Source: Macrostomum lignano (Eukaryota). From it: a stretch of DNA of 64,000 nucleotides. The notes beneath the pieces are model-generated. The model was not told the origin of the DNA. It saw only the letters and a program-made list of their open reading frames with translations, and searched no databases. The position numbers and the translations under genes are program-made. Positions 37,151 through 46,450 of this stretch are shown here, piece after piece. Position 1 is the stretch's first letter, and each line of letters begins with the position of its first letter. The stretch spans positions 124,001 through 188,000 of the forward strand of contig NIVC01002258.1 of NCBI GenBank assembly GCA_002269645.1. The letters run 5' to 3'.

Positions 37151-38262
37151 GAAGGCATGTATATGTACTTTGTAATTATTAATGCACCAAAAATGAGTCA
37201 GTTAATTACATTGCAGACTACATTCATTATTGTTGACTCAAGTAAGCATAAATTTATATTGGCAATTCCAGGTAAAACATGTTGAGCTGAGAGAGATTCT
37301 AAATTCACAGTTAGCACTCGGAAATGAATCAATTGAGCATTTAAAATTATCGAGACATGTCAAGTGAATTGTGAAAGTCATTTAGCTACATTAAAAGGGC
37401 AAAAATCATTCAAATGTTGCCGGCGCAAACAGGACTAAAGCAGGCCTTTCTTTTTTTAGAGTTTGGATACACCAGCAAACAGGAAAAAATCAATCAACTT
37501 TGAAGTTTATTGACACTGAATTAACCTCTTGACAAACACATTGTGACTTGATTCTGTGAGTTGAAGTTCAGGAGTTCACAGGTGAGATCAATGATTGACA
37601 TACATGTAGTTACAGTGATTAATTACTCTTAGGGCAGTTATTCCTCATCTCTGGACGTACATGTATTTCTCCAAGCTTTTCTTTAACCATCAGAGCGCAA
37701 AATTTTGGCCCACAATAGTAAAGATTTGCTCCTGCACATTCCTTTCCTTCTACTCATCAGTAGCTACACAAGTAGGGCGTCGCCACCGCGGGGTGACAGG
37801 GCCGGGGGACATGTCCCCTCCCCCCCCCAGTAAAAGCTATGCGGCTACTGGGGAGTGGGGAACATGCCAATGCTTTGTCCCCCACCCCACCTTGTCACCC
37901 GTTGTAAAAATCAATTGTTTCTTCAGGGCGCCAAAATGAGTGTCTGTGGTGCTAAATAAGGGCATGCGGCGCTAAAATGAGCGCTGACAACACTGGTTCT
38001 CAGAATAATGGACATTTAGGAATTTATCGGCATGTACATGTACATGTTAATTCTTTTGGCTTTGTCCCCCCCCCGTAAAAATCCACCCGGTACACGTGTC
38101 TGATTTTCACACAGCTCTGTCCGCATCACTACGAATGAACAAATGTATAGTGTCCATTGGGAGAGGGGGCGTTATTGAGTAGCCGTCATTTCATTCGTTT
38201 ACAAGTTTTACTGTACACATGTATTTTCCCTGTCTTCTTCGCCGGGGAGTACATCTATACAT

Positions 38263-38400
38263 TCAACAGTTTGCAAACGAAGACGCGTCGCAATCTGGTC
38301 GCAGCGTCGAGGGCTGAGGCAGATGGCCGAAAATATCATCGGACAATTCGAACACAGCGCCCGCTTGTTGGTTGGAGTCGCCGTTGTTGTTCTCCGTATG
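38263..38400 (-). CDS. Unidentified single-pass membrane protein, last exon (cytoplasmic tail)
   Basis: Acceptor aactgcag|cat, phase 0. HTENNNGDSNQQAGAVFELSDDIFGHLPQPSTLRPDCDASSFANC*. Confidence 0.65.
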   Translation of the reverse strand, partial: HTENNNGDSNQQAGAVFELSDDIFGHLPQPSTLRPDCDASSFANC

Positions 38401-38970
38401 CTGCAGTTAATGAATTGTAGAATATAGAGATTTTTAGTATAGGCCGAGCGGAACTCCTCCGTTGGAGGAGAAAGAGGATAGGCGAGAAATACTAGCCGAC
38501 TTTGGCCCTCTTGGGGTACGAGTATTCTATGCCGGGAGCTGTTAATATATACTTAGGAGCAGCAGAAGCTAATTATAGTCTATGGTCTTAACCCCGGGGT
38601 TTTCATGCTGAAGTGGCCCAGGAACTCTAAATCTAGTTGCTAGATTTAGAGTTCCTTGAATTGGCCCATTTTAGCAGTTGCCATAGATAGGTTTTACCAT
38701 AGTCAACAGCGATTGAGAAAAATCAAATTTCTCCAACAGAGCATACGATAAATGCGCTAAGCGATACGATAGATATGGGTTCATTAATTAACGGTCTCCA
38801 AGTGATTTCTTTGAAAATCCTTCTAAGTTCAGTTGACCATCCCTAAGTCGAGTTAAAGTCAAGTTGTGCATATTTCTAGCCTCCAATGTTTCAAACTCAG
38901 TCTTTCTACTTATACTTGCACATTATTGCACAGTAAACTTTTGCTCATTAAGAAAGAATCATTTAATTAC

Positions 38971-39101
38971 CGATTGCGTCTTGGAGAAGCAACAGCATTG
39001 ACAGTATTTGCACAGCAGGATTGCCAGTATGAGTATCGTGATGAGCAGTATTAGAATGAAAGCTAACAGCCCAGTTAGCACAGCCAGTTGTACAGTGGGG
39101 T
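38971..39101 (-). CDS. Unidentified membrane protein, transmembrane exon
   Basis: Acceptor caccgcag|ac, donor tcg|gtaatt. DPTVQLAVLTGLLAFILILLITILILAILLCKYCQCCCF is a TM helix followed by a Cys cluster. Confidence 0.75.
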
Positions 39102-39129
39102 CTGCGGTGTGTGAGATGTAATTAAGTTT

Positions 39130-39221
39130 AAGTAAGTGTGTAAGTAAGTCAGTCAGTCCGTCAGTCAGTGAGTAAGTAAATAGGTAATTACGTAAGTAAG
39201 TAAGTGAGTAAGTAAGTAAAC

Positions 39222-39283
<62 letters not shown>

Positions 39284-39285
39284 TA
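39130..39285. repeat. (TAAG)n microsatellite in an intron
   Basis: Read directly. Confidence 0.95.
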
Positions 39286-39309
39286 AATCTGCAATGTTCC
39301 GTTGCTGAC

Positions 39310-39481
39310 CTGCACAGAAAATCGCTGGTGCACACGCAGTCGCGTTCCCAACGTATCTGTCATCATCTGCGTAGGCGCTCATAACTCCGCTCACAATGGC
39401 ACCTTGTTGCCAATGCTGCGCATGATTGGCCGGATTCGAACCAAAGCTGTCTTTGTAGGCGCCGACGCCGTTACGAGAGTT
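39310..39481 (-). CDS. Unidentified membrane protein, juxtamembrane extracellular exon
   Basis: Acceptor aaatcag|aac, donor gcag|gtcagc. Phase 1 matches the next exon. NSRNGVG...VGNATACAPAIFCA. Upstream exons were not resolved. Confidence 0.7.
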
Positions 39482-39569
39482 CTGATTTATTGGTTTTAGA
39501 TTCATGCAAAGGAATGAATTAACTAGCTGCAGACATTTGCAATTCTTTCAAATCTAAATTTCATTTAAG

Positions 39570-39745
39570 AGGAGGCGCCATTTCATTTGAGAGGTGGCGC
39601 CACTTCATTTGGGATGAGGCGCCATTTCATTTGAGAGGCGGCGCCATTTCATTTGAGAGGAGGCGCCATTTCATTTGAGAGGAGGCGCCATTTCATTTGA
39701 GAGGAGGCGCCATTTCATTTGAGAGGAGGCGCCATTTCATTTGAG
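39570..39745. repeat. 22-bp minisatellite (gaggaggcgccatttcatttga)
   Basis: Read directly. Confidence 0.93.
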
Positions 39746-42033
39746 GGGACACCATATACTGGTGTCCCCTAACTGATTGGGCCCCCAATTGCTCCCATGC
39801 TACACCGCTACAACTTTTCCATTTCAAGAACGAAATTTTCTATAGATTTCTCATCATCTCGTCATATTGATTTCAAATCAAAAGTCGATAAACCTCGCAT
39901 TGACTATCTAGATAGCATCTGGATACCGGAGTTAGGCGATCTAATCATATATATAGATATACTTATTAGGGCCAAATATCAAGGCACAGATATAGTCAGA
40001 CACCTGCTTACGTAGATCCTTATAAAGCAGACGTTTATCCCCGGCTGTTGAGCAGTTGACTCAGCGCATGCAGCCAACTCTCAGAAGGAATTCGAGTTTC
40101 CAACAATAGAACAATATTTTGCTCAATAATATTTCGGTTAAAAAGCTTTCCTCTTTAATCTTCTGCTTAATAAGATACTTCTTTTTTGTGCTTGCGGTAT
40201 GAATACAGGTAGCTACGCGGGGGGGGGGTGCGCGTTTTGCCCGCCGCACATTGGTGTCCGTGCGGCTGTGTGCCCTGGGGTAGCTCTGTGATACTAGCAC
40301 ACACATTCTCTTTCAAGTTCTCTCACTCTCTCACCCCCCCCCCGAGTCTAAAATACTCTATCCAACGCAGTAAAGGTGTGTTTTGCAAGTGCAACTCTGC
40401 TGGTTCTGTAATGCGGCCGACTCTGCAACATAGCTGCTGTCCAAAAATAAATCCAATTTCTTTACTGCCGAGAGGAGAGGAGAGGAGAGGAGGAGAGGAG
40501 AGGTGCGCAAAAAAGGCACAGAGATTCTGTCTAAACAGCCAATTCGAGTGTTCGGGCCCTGGCGTGAGTCACTGCTCTGTGTTTATTTTGCTAATCGCAT
40601 AGCATGGCAATATAATGCATGCGATACTGCAATTGGCTAAACCGCCTTAGACAAGAATTTACACGCACACCAAGCTGTCCAGCTGCTTAGCTAATAATGT
40701 ACATTGTACAAGTATCCTGCGCACATGTATACGTACCTGTTTCTGTGGACCACCGATACTAGAATAACTATACGCTCGTAGATGGGCCACTCAGCGCATT
40801 TGCGTGTAAGCTACTTTCAGTTCAGTAGTAAGTTGAACTGAAGCATTTTAATGTATTTTTAAAGACTTAAGGCTTTTTATTGGCTCTGAACCCCTCCTAA
40901 GCTTAGCTCGTAAACCCTCAAAACTCCACACGGAACCTCAACCCTGCACCGCCACCCAGTTTTTATTGCCTTCCTCGGCTGTTCCAGCCTAAATCTGCCA
41001 TGTACATTTCAGTGGCCAATGTACATTATTGCTGAACCAATTAGAAGCTATTTACGTCTGCAAGCTTGGCTTCTAAACTCATCAAAGTCATTTCAGCTGC
41101 CTTTATTTTCATAAAATAGCTTATGTATTCTTCATTGCTACTGAACTGAAAGTAGAAAGCTGTTTTGCTAAGTATATATGCCTGAGTGGCCCATCTAGTT
41201 ATTCTAGTACACATGTGCTGCGGACTAAGTCCGTGTGTCACTAGAAGAAAGTCCGCTATAGCCTATAGCGTGACTGTTTGAATTTGCTTTAAGTTTCCTT
41301 CGTCTCAGTGTGTACAACTGTATGAGCGGCGAAAAGTGCATTTTGACATCGCTACGTACCAAGCATTTGTACACGTACGTACATGTACATGTGCTGTACA
41401 AGCTCTACCAGAAACACAGATGCCCAGGTTCTTAGTCTGATTCCAGATTCCAAATAGCTAAGCTCGCTATTCTTTTAACATAAAACAGATGTATATGACG
41501 AATGACTGATCCATACGACCATAGGGTCACTTTTGAGTGTGAAGGACTACTTAAGAGGAAGCAATTAAGTAGTCCTTGAAACATATTGATAAGGACACAC
41601 TTTTTGCCATTTTAGAATCGTACCAGAGTTCTCAGCTCCTTTTCTCTTACTCTTAGTAGACAAGTTCGGGTTTTCTAAAAATGGAATTTCAGTGATTTCC
41701 ACTCTTGTAATTGTTGCAAACTCTCACTTTGATGCAAACTTGTTGCAAACTCTCACGTCAATTTCAAAACGTTGTTGTTTAACACTTTCACGATTAATAG
41801 GTTAGCATTGTTTAACAGGTCGCTGTGACGGGCCATCGATGAAGTGCCGAGTTGGTGACTAAAATTGGTCAATCAATTGGCTGTCCTCCAATCAAGATCT
41901 GCTTGAATTTTGTGAATTTCACAAACTTTCAATTCCCCGTTTTATTGAACCACACTGTAGACAATGCTGTCGATCATTTAAAACAAAGAGTCACCGACAT
42001 GTACTGCAGGCTGTTATCAGGCTAAACATACAT

Positions 42034-42189
42034 GCGCAACCTTGGGAATCACCCGGCCGTTTCTATTGGCAACACACACATGTAAGTCGCTATTGGCTGA
42101 GAGCAGTCACGTGACTACTATTCTGTCCAATAGCGAATTACGTGTGTGTGTTGCCAATAGAAACGGCCGGGTGAATCCCTAGGTTGCGC
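42034..42189. mobile_element. Hairpin / MITE-like inverted repeat with about 63-bp arms
   Basis: gcgcaacc(t/a)gggaa/ttcacccggccgtttctattggcaacacacac...cgctattgg is mirrored. Central palindrome agtcacgtgact. No clear TSD. Confidence 0.7.
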
Positions 42190-42445
42190 CCAAGCATGAG
42201 GCTAAAATAGAGAAATCACTGCTGCCATCAACAAATCATCTTTGCAAATCACAGCAGACCCTTTGGCTAAGATGGTTGAGCCTTCAGAAACACAAGAATT
42301 ACTGCAAAAATATTGCTATAGAAGATCAGAGCTAGTGAGAGTTTACTTCATGCAAGTTCACTTGAGTCCATTGAGTACGGTTGTCACTCCCTTCTCATCA
42401 CTCCTTGCTCACCCGAAGAGATGACTCAAAGTGGCCGCTGCAGAC

Positions 42446-42659
42446 TCAGTGAGAACTCCGCAGATTGGCCACGAGCTGTCGGACTCGAGTCCGGACCCAC
42501 GAGCCGAGCAGCAGCCACGCGATGCCGGCGCTGAGGAAGAGCAGCGCCGCCCCCCATGCCGCTACCGTCACAGAGTCGGCAGCTGCCTCTGAAATGCGGG
42601 TTGCAGAGCTGCTGCAGTCTGTGCTGTTGCATCGGTGGCATCCAGCAGCAGCAACAGCA

Positions 42660-42696
<37 letters not shown>

Positions 42697-43240
42697 CAAA
42701 AGCAAAACCGAACTCACGAGCAGCTCTGCCGCCTGCCTCCGTCTTCAGCTCGGCGGCCTCGCACGCGCACGCAGAGAGAGAAAAGTGAGCAGCAAAGCCG
42801 GACCTCAAGCCGGTGTACACCACACTCAGTCCGCTGTCCCTGAGCGGCTGCGTGCCGACAGTGATGAGGCTCAAGCTGAAGCTGGCGTTGCCGCAGACCT
42901 CCTTCCGTCTGTGCACGATGGCCTCCGCCACAGAGTCCCACTGGGAGACGCTCACCCAGGCCAGGTTGAGGCCGCAGGCTGTGCGGAAGTGCCGCATCGT
43001 CACTCCCAGCCTCCAGCACGCGCGCTCAAGGCCGATCTTTCCCATTCCGGTTCCAAGGAGGCGACGCGCGACGCGAACGACGGAGGCGGCGTCCACTCGG
43101 AATGTGCAGTCCGTCTGGCTGTTTCCAGGCCCGACGCTGAGCGAGCTGCCAATCTGATCCGGACCGATCGCCCGCCACGAGCTCGAGTCCGCCATCGACC
43201 TGTCGGACGGGCAGCTGTCGACTGGAACAGCCAGAACCGT
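42446..43240 (-). CDS. Multi-CUB-like type I membrane protein, last exon (CUB-like domain, TM, short tail)
   Basis: Acceptor catgcag|acg. DCTFRV...SGLSVVYTG..SGFAAHF resembles a CUB domain end. TM segment VTVAAWGAALLFLSAGIAWLLLGSWV. Stop at 42446. Confidence 0.65.
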
Positions 43241-43306
43241 CTGCATGACTTGTGTGATTAGATATGCATTAATGGTCACGTGACTGATTGAGCAAGTTGA
43301 CCTCAC

Positions 43307-43767
43307 CTTGCCGCACCACGATCTGAGCATTGGCCAGCCGTCTGAGCGACGAGCCAACGACGCTCGTCTGGTTGAGCAGCTCTCCGTGCAGGTGATTAGC
43401 GATGAGATCGACTGTGACTGAGCTGCCTGAGAGCACTCGGACTTGCTGCCAGCTGCTAGAATACCTGGCATGTCCCCATCGCACAGAGAAGTCACTTGCT
43501 TCTCGTCCGACCCGTTCACTGCAGACACGATGAGGCTCAGGTGAGGCTGCACAAATAACGCATTGCTCATGTATGAGCACAGCTGTTCTACAGACTGTCC
43601 AGTGAGTGGCAGCAACACCTGCACAATGAGGTCTTTGCCAGCAGGCGGCGACGCCGTGAACTGGCAGTAGAACACCTGGCTTGTCGAATCAGTCACGAGT
43701 GGCACACTGGAGATCCACGACCTGCCGTTTGCACCCGGCTTGTAGGTCGGACACAGAAACGAGCCGT
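43307..43767 (-). CDS. Multi-CUB-like protein exon
   Basis: Acceptor ttgcag|ac, donor aag|gtgagg. LCPTYKPG..SWISS...YCQFTASPPAGKDLIVQV fits the CUB pattern C-x-W/F-x-I-x-x-P-x-G-x-x-I-x-L. Confidence 0.7.
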
Positions 43768-43847
43768 CTGCAATTGTCGTGATGAGGTCTCGGGTTTTCA
43801 AGTGCACAAGGTAGAGCATTTGGAACACGTGTGCTCGATGGTCTCAC

Positions 43848-44122
43848 CTTGGATCCAGCTGAGCTGCTCCAGTGTGGCAGTGAAGCCTTCAGTCCACTCG
43901 GCCACCACTGCTACTGGCTCATTGTGTCTGGTCCATTCCAGCTGGCTTGCGGTGGAGTTGCACTGCACTGAGGTCACCGAGTCATCGGCCACCAACACCA
44001 GTCTACCGGTGCTGTTCGTGAAGTTGACCGACACCTGCAGCTTGGTGCCGCGGAATGACTGGAATGCGTAGAGACAGCACGCTGTGTCAACAAGTATGTG
44101 AGCTGCGTTAACATGAAGCGCT
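43848..44122 (-). CDS. Multi-CUB-like protein exon (5' boundary uncertain: 44122 or 44058)
   Basis: Donor caag|gtgaga, phase 1. CCLYAFQSFRGTKLQVSVNF is CUB-like. Confidence 0.6.
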
Positions 44123-44146
44123 CTGGCCACCACAGTTCAGTCTTAC

Positions 44147-44300
44147 ATCACTGGCCGCCTTTGGCAGCACTGAGGCGACTCTGTGTGGCAGTCCGAGTCC
44201 GAGCGCAGCACCGTCTGCTTGACGTGAACGAGTCGCTGTCCTGTCGTGGTCTCCGTCACCGGCGGCTGGCTTTGGGACTGCAGCTTGAGTTTTGAGCAGA
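44147..44300 (-). CDS. Multi-CUB-like protein exon (alternative model 44147-44277)
   Basis: Acceptor cttcag|tc, donor at|gtaaga. The frame depends on which downstream acceptor is used. Confidence 0.5.
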
Positions 44301-44378
44301 CTGAAGCAGCGAAGCTAATTGAGGTGCTGGAGTGCTACTGATGTGCAGCTGATGTTCTGAGAGGAGAATCGGACTTAC

Positions 44379-44951
44379 CGTTGTTCATTCCGCTCTGCAC
44401 AATCGGAATGTGATCAAAGTAGAACTCATAGTTCAGCTCTGCATTGTCGTTGGTACCAGCAATATGGATTTGCATTTCTCCGGCACTTATGTACGAATCA
44501 TGGAAGGTTTTTTCTCTACAAGAAGAGCAAATCCGTTGGTTTAGCTGACGGCTCTGATTAAGGATGTCCGCCTTGGTGACGGCGTGCAGCTGGCCAAGAT
44601 GTTGACGGACAACCCTCTGCGCGAGTCCTCGTCTTTTTGCCAGATGGAGTTCGAGAGCGCAATATCTATGATGGCGTATCACTAAATTGTAGGGAACTAA
44701 TTCACTAAACCACTTATCGACAATTAGAAATGAACGATAAAGGCGACGAAAATGTCTTTTGTAAGACAGGTACTCGTAGACCTGAAAGGTTGAAGTGTGC
44801 AGCTCTCGCAGTCGGAATCGGATCAGATGATGAGCATCTCTGGGCTGTACTCTCCAGTTCTGAGAAGGCCCGAGCGTACTCTCGCCTTGCACCTTGTCTC
44901 GATACGACCCGTCCGGGAGGATGGAGCCGCACCAATTTGCTGATGAAGTTA
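44379..44951 (-). CDS. Multi-CUB-like protein exon 2
   Basis: Acceptor cttttag|ta, donor g|gtaagt. 573 nt, phase 1 to phase 1. WCGSIL...NWRVQPRDAHHLIRFRLREL. Confidence 0.75.
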
Positions 44952-45097
44952 CTAAAAGTGCATTTGCGGAGCGCATTTACAGGTAACTAGTAGATTATTT
45001 CCAGATTGCTCCGGTTAAAACTAGTGTTACTTTTCACTGTATCTCTCGTTCTGATGGCCCAAATAACATAATTTTGCACCATTTTTATAGCGGCAAC

Positions 45098-45272
45098 CAT
45101 TGATGAAGGAATAACATGGATTGCTCATCTGAAACTTTGGAATTCACCCCCGCAGGAAAGTATTGGCTGCTGAATGTTAAAAATAATCCCCCGTAGGATT
45201 TGACTCGCTGCTGAGAGCTGCTGGGAATCCAAAGATTTCAGGTGAGCAATCCATAGTATTCCTTCATCCATG
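45098..45272. mobile_element. P-superfamily-like MITE (175 bp)
   Basis: Imperfect TIRs of about 45 bp starting CAT(T/G)GATGAAGGAATA. Perfect 8-bp TSD gcggcaac at 45090-45097 and 45273-45280. The TIR resembles the P-element end CATGATGAAATAACAT. Confidence 0.85.
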
Positions 45273-45807
45273 GCGGCAACTGTACTTCATACGTATTAAC
45301 TTTAAAATCAGACAAATTGTAAAATCAGACGATTTTTGTTACGAACAGCAGAAAGCTAGCGGAAAGCTAGGATAGTACTTTTGATTGAATGCAATCAGAA
45401 CTCTTTGCTTGGCTGCTGTGGCAAAGAAACATCGATGAAAAAACTTGCAGAAACCTTATAAAGCATTTAGAGCAGCAGAATGTTTCCCAATGGGCTACAG
45501 CTTCATTGCTTTTTTGTTCCCTCCTTTTCCTGCGCCCAAAATCATGGATGTGCATTCAAGTGTTTCTGGCGCAGTGCAGCTGAGAGTCATGCGCAGCTTT
45601 CATCGGCTCATGGGTCTAGCGCAGTCATTTTACACGTTTACTGCAGCCAGTCACCTGTTTGTCAGCTTCCACTTCAAATTTTGCTAGCTTGTTGACTTAC
45701 TGCAAAACTATGCTCAAAACTCCTGCTAGATTTTTGTTTATAACTTTTGTTTCCATTGTCTGATTTTAAAGATGTTAAAGTTAATGTCAAGAGACCCAAA
45801 CACTTAC

Positions 45808-45865
45808 TGGCACCGAGACTGATGGTCAACACCAGCAGGTGAGCAGCAACTGCAGCAATCGCCAT
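45808..45865 (-). CDS. Multi-CUB-like protein exon 1 (signal peptide)
   Basis: MAIAAVAAHLLVLTISLGA followed by donor a|gtaagt, phase 1, matching exon 2. Confidence 0.7.
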
Positions 45866-46317
45866 GACCGGCAGCAATCAAGCAGTGAGGCTGGACTTTG
45901 CTACGCGAAATGTTGATGAGGCTGCAGCTAAGATTCGCACAAGCTTTTGAACCTGCGCGATCTTGACGCCTGGGCAGGTGAAGCTTCTGCACTATCGGAT
46001 TCAAGCCGCACTTTTTATGGCCACCAAGCAACTGAGAGGCTTGGAAATCGGCTGGCTTCCGGTGCTCCGGTACTAAAGCTCTTGAGATTGAATTCATGGA
46101 TGATGTAGTGCAAGAATTTGTGCATGTTTTCGTTAGCAGTCGGCTTTACTTGCCCTCCTGACAAGCTGCAAATTACGAGGCAGGAGGGATTCATGAAAAT
46201 CGCTCCCTCAAAAAGCACTTTCCGTCTCGTACTGCATCAGTAATCAGAGATTCAGACAGACGACTGCAGACGAAATCAGAGAGCCAGAGAGACACTTTGC
46301 ACTAATTTGCACTTTGC

Positions 46318-46450
46318 ACTTATTTGCACTTATTATATTTGCAGACTTATTATATTTGCAGACTTATTATATTTGCAGACTTATTATATTTGCAGACTTA
46401 TTATATTTGCAGACTTATTATATTTGCAGACTTATTATATTTGCAGACTT
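46318..46450. repeat. 17-bp minisatellite (cttattatatttgcaga)
   Basis: Read directly. Confidence 0.95.

Noticed and set aside
36535-37158. Acidic and His/Pro-rich ORFs
   Set aside because: Translations of a GA-rich repeat.
42465-43261. Plus-strand poly-Q/S/A ORFs
   Set aside because: Antisense to the CUB-like exon across a CAG/CTG repeat. Splice signals and the signal-peptide/TM logic support the minus strand.
44150-44200. TGF-beta-like start (DCHTESPQCCQRRP)
   Set aside because: The remaining cystine-knot motifs (W..WI.AP, C.G.C, CxC) do not follow.
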